A stretch of DNA of 14,986 nt, from assembly GCF_006345805.1 (NCBI RefSeq), contig NW_021825629.1, positions 1-14,986 on the forward strand, in the 5' to 3' direction. Of the stretch, positions 9,121 through 14,986 are shown piece after piece. A model generated the notes under the pieces. That model was not told the origin of the DNA. It ran no database searches and saw nothing but the letters and a program-made list of their open reading frames with translations. The stretch comes from Octopus sinensis (taxonomy: Eukaryota). The translations under genes were made by a program, and so were the position numbers. Every line of letters begins with the position of its first letter. The stretch's first letter is position 1.

Positions 9121-9730
9121 GCACACACACACACACACATACACACACATACACACACACACATACACACACACACATACACACACATACACACACACAT
9201 ACACACACACACACACACATACACACACACACATACACACACACACACACATACATACACACACACACATACACACACACACACATACATACACACACAC
9301 ACATACACACACACATACACACACACACACATACACACACACACATACACACACACACATACACACACACACACATACACACACACACATACACACACAC
9401 ACATATACACACACACATATACACACATACATACACACACACACATACACACACACACACATACACACACACACACACATACACACACACACACTACACA
9501 CACACACATACACACACACACATACACACACACACATATACACACACACACATATACACACACATACATACACACACACACATACACACACACACATATA
9601 CACACACATACATACACACACACACATACACACACACATACACACACACACGCGCAGAAACACAGAAACACGCATAAAGAAACACACACAAACACACATA
9701 TATATATATATAGAGAGAGAGAGAGAGGGG
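9121..9730. repeat. Long (CA)n tract punctuated by CATA, followed by (TA)/(GA)
   Basis: Directly visible; source of the HT/CV repeat ORFs. Confidence 0.95.
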
Positions 9731-9779
9731 GGCAGACAGACAGACAGGGATAGAGAGAAATAGAGAGAGAGAGCGAGAG

Positions 9780-10085
9780 GGACGCAGGCGTGGCTGTGCG
9801 GTAAGAAGCTTGCTTCCCAACCACATGGTTTCGAGTTCCCTCCCGCTGCGTGGGACCTTAGCCAAGTGTCTTCAGCTATAGCCTACTTTCTTCTACAGTT
9901 GTGAGTGGAATTTGTAGATGGAAACTGAAAGAAGCCCGTCTTATATGTGCGTCTGTTTTTTTTTTTTTGTGTTTGTCTCCCACTACTGCTTAAGAACCGG
10001 CGTTGGTGAGATTACGTCCCCTTTACTTAGCGGTTTAGTGAAAGAGACCAGGCTTGAGAAAAAAGTAAGGACGGGGATCGATTCG
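9780..10085 (+). mobile_element. SINE family A, head plus most of the body, moderately diverged, 3' end missing
   Basis: GGACGCAGGCGTGGCTGTGCGGTAAGAAGCTTGCTTCCCAACCACATGGTTTCGAGTTCC (A box 9791-9801), then GGAAACTGAAAGAAGCCCGTC and CTTAGCGGTT, colinear with the reverse complement of 12771-13166. Confidence 0.9.
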
Positions 10086-10627
10086 TACACTTTTACACTT
10101 TGTGTGCATCCTGGGGTAGCTTATTAAGTCAATTCTGGCGAAAAGGTTTTAGTTACAGAGGGGTCATGAAATAGCAGCATCGGGAACAGGTGGGAAGCTT
10201 AGCTTTCCGTAAAACCCTATTTTTTTTTTATTTGTCGGATCATTTCCGACTTTGCGTTCTGTACTTCAGAGTACACAGCGCTACGCAACAGTGGGCGATC
10301 TTAAGCAAAATGTTCTTAACAGGACTGCTCTAAGTTCCACATTTTCCACGGTCATCTTGGCCGTGTCTGTGTGACTCCTCTTTTGTACGCAACGTGGTGG
10401 AGAGCTAACTGAGGGGTCACCGAAAAAGATCTGTTTCGAGTTTTCTTCACGGGAGCCGAAACTGTCCATGTTGTCGAACCATAAAATAATATGAATTTCA
10501 ACTGCAGCTCTGACGAAGATTATTTTGGCTTTTCATATCTAATCCAAAGGGTTCCAAATGCTTTACTAACCCCGATTTCTGTATTACTGTTGCAGTTCAA
10601 CTTAATCTTCCGAGGTTCGTGTAGTTT

Positions 10628-10710
10628 CTTTTTTATCTCTTACTTGTTTCAGTCATTGGATTGTGGCCATGCTAGAGCACCGAATTAAAGAATTTTAGTC
10701 GAACGAATAA
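10628..10710 (-). mobile_element. SINE family A 3' end, older subfamily
   Basis: TACTTGTTTCAGTCATTGGATTGTGGCCATGCTAGAGCACCG...AATTTTAGTCGAACGAAT. Confidence 0.85.
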
Positions 10711-10750
10711 ATTGCGGACAGGCTATCGTTCCTCTTGAACGATCTGAAGG

Positions 10751-10865
10751 GTAACCTATTTACAGCTGGGTGAACTGGAGCAACGCACCGATTGTCTTGA
10801 GGTTGAAACCACGATCTCGTGATCGTGAGTGCAGAATCCTGGCCACTACATCACAGGCATTCACA
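10751..10865 (-). mobile_element. Degenerate tRNA-derived SINE, family C (head plus internally deleted core)
   Basis: The minus strand reads TGAATGCCTGTGATGTAGTGGCCAGG...CACGATCACGAGATCGTGGTTTCAACC...GTTGCTCCAGTTCACCCAGCTGTAAATAGG: tRNA-like A/B boxes and a CAGCTGTAAAT core-like motif. Confidence 0.65.
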
Positions 10866-10870
10866 TACGC

Positions 10871-11025
10871 TTTTAATCTCTTCTAATCTAGACACAAGGC
10901 CTGAAATTTTTAGGGGAGGGAGCCAGTCGATTAGATCGACACCAGTACGCAACTGGTATTTATTTATCGACACCGAAAGGATGAAAAGCAAAGCCGACCT
11001 CAGCGGAATTTGAACTCAGAACGTA
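10871..11025 (-). mobile_element. SINE family D, B box to 3' end (5' truncated)
   Basis: The minus strand reads GAGTTCAAATTCC (B box), GCTGAGGTCGGCTTTGCTTTTCATCCTTTCGGTGTCGATAAAT (central domain), GTCGATCTAATCGAC hairpin, then tail. Confidence 0.8.
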
Positions 11026-11037
11026 TTTCTTATATAT

Positions 11038-11211
11038 TCTTTTTTTTTTCATTTACTTGTTTCAGTCATTAGACTGCGACCATGCTGGAGTTCCGCCTTC
11101 ATGAATTTTAGTTGTACGAATCGGCCCCAGGACTTATTTTTAAAACTAGTGCTTATTCTATCGGTCTTATTTGCAGAACGCTAAGTTGCAGGGGCGTAAA
11201 CAAACCAACAC
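11038..11211 (-). mobile_element. SINE family A 3' half, older subfamily, 5' truncated
   Basis: TTTACTTGTTTCAGTCATTAGACTGCGACCATGCTGGAG...CTTATTCTATCGGTC...GTAAACAAACCAACAC. Confidence 0.88.
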
Positions 11212-11224
11212 AGTAGGGACTGTG

Positions 11225-11458
11225 ACTATGAATATTATCCAAGCATCTTGTTGCCGGTCTACCCCAAGGTCTTCTGTCGGTTTGTTCGGCTTCAAGAATG
11301 CGTCTTGCGATTCTTTCCTGCAACATTATAATCTCATGTCTGTTATACCGAAGTTGTGACATCTCAACGCAGAGACTTAGCGGATCGACCTGTAGAGACT
11401 CCCAGATCTCCGTGCCCCCATCGAGTATCGTTATTTCAGAGAGCCATCACAGGAAACC
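11225..11458 (-). mobile_element. Decayed C-terminal ORF fragment of an RTE-clade LINE
   Basis: One frame with a single stop: GFL*WLSEITILDGGTEIWESLQVDPLSLCVEMSQLRYNRHEIIMLQERIARRILEAEQTDRRPWGRPATRCLDNIHS. This matches the RTE tail pattern GFLR.I.G.T..D...EIR..L...L......QLRW.GHV.RM...R...RIL......R.RGRP..RW.D.I. Confidence 0.85.
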
Positions 11459-11483
11459 ATCAGTCATTTGTACTCAGCTTTGA

Positions 11484-11552
11484 TCGACCCGGAGCGAAAC
11501 TAGAAGATACTTTCCCAAGGGGCCACGCAGTGGGGTTGAACCAAGGACTACG
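11484..11552 (-). mobile_element. SINE family A head fragment, degenerate
   Basis: TAGAAGATACTTTCCCAAGGGGCCACGCAGTGGGGTTGAACC versus TAGAAGACACTTGCCCAAGGTGCCACGCAGTGGGACTGAACC in the 12771-13166 copy. Confidence 0.75.
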
Positions 11553-11721
11553 AATTAACCTCTTCATTCTTTTCTCATTCTTATTTTTGTCCCACATTTT
11601 TTGCTTCATAGGATGATTGTTGCAATATTTTCTCCCTTCTTTCCCCTCTTCGAAATCGATACCCGCTGAGGCAATCACTGATTGGGAAACGTTGACCTTT
11701 CCGTAAATTTAATTTTTTTCT

Positions 11722-11943
11722 TCTTATCTTTTACCTTTTTCTTGGTGCAGTTATTGGACTCTGGGCATACTGGGGCACCGCCTTGAAGTGGGATTTTCTT
11801 GCTGAGTAAATTGACCCCAGTGCTTGACTTTTAAGTTTCATACTTATTCTATAGGATATATTCTGCCGAACCGCTAAGTGACGGGGACGTAAACACACCA
11901 GCATCGGTTGTCAAGCAATGCTAGGGTGACAAACAGAGACACA

Positions 11944-12010
<67 letters not shown>

Positions 12011-12172
12011 GACAGGCTTCTTTCAGTTTCCGTCTACCAAATCCACTCACAAGGCATTGGTCGGCCCGGGGCTATAGCAGAAGACACTTGCCCAAGATGC
12101 CACGCAGTGGGACTGAACCCGAAACCATGTGGTTGGTTAGCAAGCTACTTACCACACAGCCACTCCTGCGCC
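11722..12172 (-). mobile_element. Full-length SINE family A with internal (CA)/(TA) microsatellite; mosaic of old and young sequence
   Basis: Head GGCGCAGGAGTGGCTGTGTGGTAAGTAG...GGGTTCAGTCCC at 12172-12110. 11866-12172 is near-identical to young copies, while 11722-11865 is heavily diverged. Confidence 0.92.
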
Positions 12173-12173
12173 T

Positions 12174-12174
<1 letters not shown>

Positions 12175-12268
<94 letters not shown>
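12175..12268. repeat. (TA)n microsatellite
   Basis: Directly visible. Confidence 0.95.
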
Positions 12269-12270
<2 letters not shown>

Positions 12271-12282
12271 ATTATATAGAAG

Positions 12283-12335
12283 GAGCTTCTACAGGACTAG
12301 AACTGTTTCATTCAAGAGAAATCTTCAGGAAGCTC
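12283..12335 (-). ncRNA. Type I hammerhead ribozyme motif, mirror copy
   Basis: Exact reverse-complement copy of 12338-12390; predicted cleavage between 12290 and 12289. Confidence 0.75.
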
Positions 12336-12337
12336 TT

Positions 12338-12390
12338 GAGCTTCCTGAAGATTTCTCTTGAATGAAACAGTTCTAGTCCTGTAGAAGCTC
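12338..12390 (+). ncRNA. Type I hammerhead ribozyme motif (minimal, Penelope-type)
   Basis: Stem I GAGCTTC (12338-44)/GAAGCTC (12384-90), 7 bp; core CTGAAGA (12345-51); stem II TTC-TCTT-GAA with a U.U pair at its base; GAAA (12364-67); stem III ACAG/CTGT around loop TTCTAGTC; cleavage triplet GTA (12381-83). Confidence 0.75.
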
Positions 12391-12474
12391 CTTCTATATA
12401 ATAATTATTTTACTCTGCTATGTATTGAGTACCTTATTTACTGTAGTTAACCCCGATCAACCCGGGACCTACCT

Positions 12475-12477
<3 letters not shown>

Positions 12478-12537
<60 letters not shown>

Positions 12538-12542
12538 ATATA
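12478..12542. repeat. (TA)n microsatellite
   Basis: Directly visible. Confidence 0.95.
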
Positions 12543-12672
12543 TGATAAGCTTCTTTAAGTTCCGTCTTGCGGATATAATAGAAGAGATTCGACGAAGGTA
12601 ACGCATACTGGGACTAAAGTAAAGACGATGTTGGTACGAACCGAGCTTCTTAACTACACAGCCATACCTGCA
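12543..12672 (-). mobile_element. SINE family A head, strongly decayed with internal deletion
   Basis: GCTTCTTTAAGTTCCGTCT...TAGAAGAGA...TGGGACTAAA...GCTTCTTAACTACACAGCCATACCTGC is colinear with young heads. Confidence 0.75.
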
Positions 12673-12770
12673 TTGTTGAAATTTATTTTCTTCATGGACG
12701 GATTATTTTACTCAATATTTCATCAGTTCACGCTACCTGTGGCACCAGGTATGATGTTCTGAGATGGTTT

Positions 12771-13166
12771 CTCTTTTACTCCTTTACTCTTTTACTTGTT
12801 TCTGTCATTTGACTGCGGCCATGCTGGAGCACCGCCTTTAATCGAGCAACTCGGTCCCGGGACTTATTCTTTTGTAAGCCCAGTACTTATTCTATCGGTC
12901 TCTTTTGCCGAACCGCTAAGTAACGGGGACGTAAACGCACCAGCATCAGTTGTCGAGCAATGCTAGGGGGACAAACACACACACGCATATATATATATAT
13001 ATACGACGGGCTTCTTTCAGTTTCCGTCTACCAAATCCACTCACAAGGGTTTGGTCGGCCCGAGGCTAGAGTAGAAGACACTTGCCCAAGGTGCCACGCA
13101 GTGGGACTGAACCCGGAACCATGTGGTTGGTAAACAAGCTACTTACCACACAGCCACTCCTGCGCC
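12771..13166 (-). mobile_element. Full-length young SINE family A
   Basis: tRNA-like head with A box TGGCTGTGTGG and B box GGTTCAGTCCC, a central microsatellite, and a 3' tail of three 8-bp units (CTCTTTTA/CTCCTTTA at 12771-12794), the kind of short tandem tail typical of RTE-mobilised elements. Confidence 0.95.
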
Positions 13167-13499
13167 TACGGATTTTTTTTTTATAGATAAGGAGTTATCT
13201 CCCTTGTCGGAGATTATTAACAGTGCATAACAAGAACTGGGGGATACAAATGGCGGTCTGCTGAAATTCATGGGGTAGCAATCTCTGCTGTGAGCTCCCA
13301 CGTGGTACAACAGAACTCTAACATCAATACGCGACGTTCATTGTGAAATCCCTTCATCTACGAAAGACTAAACCCGGATAGCAGTCTAGTGTGTCGTTAC
13401 TCTTTGAAGTTAATCCGCTCCTAGCAGCTAAGAATGCATTCCAGTATTAATCGGCAAATAATCGCCTTCAGTCAGCATCTAGTTCTTCCTCGTATTTCT

Positions 13500-13801
13500 C
13501 TCTTTTACTTGTTTCAGTCATTTGACTGCGGCCATGCTGGAGCACCGCCTTTAATGATTAGAAAGCAGCAGTGATTGAAATGTCATGTACACACTCGCAC
13601 ACACACCTATGTGTGTGTGTTTGTTCATATGTGGGCATATATGTGTGTAAACTCTTTTACTTGTTTCAGTCATTTGACTGCGGCCATGCTGGAGCACCGC
13701 CTTTAATGATTAGAAAACAGTAGTGATTGAAATGTCATGTACACACTCACACACACACGTGTGTGTGTGTTTGTACATATGTGGGCATATATGTGTGTAA
13801 A
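13500..13801. repeat. Tandem duplication (152 and 150 bp units), each a 54-bp SINE A 3' end plus a roughly 97-bp spacer
   Basis: Units start at 13500 and 13652; a third copy of the 54-bp part (13802-13855) is the tail of the adjacent full SINE. Confidence 0.95.
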
Positions 13802-14206
13802 CTCTTTTACTTGTTTCAGTCGTTTGACTGCGGCCATGCTGGAACACCGCCTTTAGTCGAGCACCTCGACCCCGAGACTTATTCTTTGTAAGCCCAGTAC
13901 TTATTCTATCGGTCTCTTTTTGCCGAACCGCTAAGTGACGAGGACATAAACACACCAGCATCGGTTGTCAAGCAATGCTAGGGGGACAAACACAGACACA
14001 CAAACACACACACATCATTATATAATATATATATACATATATACGACGGGCTTCTTTCAGTTTCCGTCTACCAAATCCACTCACAAGGCTTTTTGGTCAG
14101 CCCGAGGCTATAGTAGAACCACTTGCCCAAGGTGCTACGCAGTGGGACTGACCTGGAACCATGTGGTTGGTAAACAAGCTACTTACCACACAGCCACTCC
14201 TGCACC
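13802..14206 (-). mobile_element. Full-length young SINE family A
   Basis: Same architecture as, and high identity to, 12771-13166. Confidence 0.95.
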
Positions 14207-14767
14207 TATCTTTGTTTCTCTTTATCGATCTTCAGGGAAAGCTTGCTATGCAACATGTATGAATTTGTCGATTACCAGATCGATAAATGTTACGACATAA
14301 TTTTCTTTTCATATTCGCGCAAGTCTTTCCACCACTTGACTCCGTCAATTCATTTGTGCACCATTCTTGCTGATAACATCTGTTACCTGCCAGGGCTTTC
14401 TTTTAATGACAGTAAATTAATACAAGCAATTGTTCTGTTGTCATACAAAGAAAACAAGCAAATGCTAAATAACAAACATACACCAGCCTATCATTGATAC
14501 TGCCACTGTGAGGGGTCCACGCCCAAAATACTTACCATGCATTTTAAGCAGTCGACTTAGTCCAATGTGGTTATCATGATGGAGGAAATTCCCTTGGGGA
14601 CGCGTAGAACTGCAGCGGTAGCAACAACAGCAACATCGCATAACAAAATCAGCAACAATAACAACAACATCAACAACGCCTGGTGTTGTTAGACCCCGCC
14701 GCTTTGCAGTGTGAGAAATAGGAGGGAAACCAGCGTTAGCGGTAGTAGCCATTTTTGTCTAGCTACC

Positions 14768-14905
14768 ATACAGAGAAGGGAGACAGACAAAGAGAGAGAC
14801 AGCGAGAGAGGAAGACAGACAGAGACAAAGAGAGGGGCGAAACAGAGAGAGAAAGAGCGAGAGAGAGACAAAGACCGAGTGGGAGAGCGAGAAGAAATGA
14901 AAGAG
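14768..14905. repeat. (GA)/(GACA)-rich low-complexity tract
   Basis: Directly visible. Confidence 0.85.
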
Positions 14906-14986
14906 AAAAAGTGTAATATAGTGTTGTAACTGGTAGAAAGCGTGCTACTGGTGTTTACAACAATGTACTGTTACAAACTGTGGTGC

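Larger units (their letters stand above)
12269..12404. repeat. Perfect palindrome, 67-bp arms, 2-nt spacer
   Basis: 12269-12335 is the exact reverse complement of 12338-12404 (checked base by base); the spacer is TT at 12336-12337. Confidence 0.98.

Noticed and set aside
1498-9865. Long ORFs rich in HT, CV, IY, LS or YI repeats (e.g. 8259-8948, 9031-9699, 9105-9824, 9113-9763)
   Set aside because: They are stop-free translations of (CA)/(TG)/(TA)/(GATA) microsatellites, with no domain content.
10510-10540. CTGACGA core-like motif (also CTGATGA on the minus strand near 7982 and 12726, and CTGAGGA near 988)
   Set aside because: No properly spaced stem II and GAAA, or no stems I and III.
13170-13499. 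Unique sequence examined as a possible transposon coding relic (also 10130-10620, 1760-2160, 14290-14500)
   Set aside because: No recognisable protein motif in the frames read; a frameshift-aware database search would be needed.
14203-14240. Minus-strand CC-CTGAAGA-TCGATAAAGA-GAAAC-AAAGATA-GG hammerhead look-alike
   Set aside because: Stems I and II are only 2 bp, stem III has a C-A mismatch, and the 3' part belongs to the SINE head; likely chance.

Overview
Repeat-dominated, non-coding eukaryotic DNA. The SINE families and the dense (TA)n/(CA)n/(GATA)n microsatellites look like an Octopus (coleoid cephalopod) genome; this is recognised from memory of these repeats, not verified. No intact protein-coding gene is supported, and almost all listed ORFs are microsatellite translations (HT/CV/IY/LS repeats). 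Contents: about 13 copies or fragments of tRNA-derived SINEs from at least four families, one full-length with a 12-bp TSD; decayed fragments of an RTE-clade LINE (minus), a HERO-like LINE RT (plus) and a probable Penelope-like GIY-YIG end (plus); and many microsatellites. The most notable signal is a set of fold-back palindromes beside (TA)n tracts that carry hammerhead ribozyme motifs. The best is a perfect 67-bp-arm palindrome (12269-12404) made almost entirely of two divergent, structurally complete type I hammerheads. Ribozyme activity, family names and splice sites are inferred, not tested.
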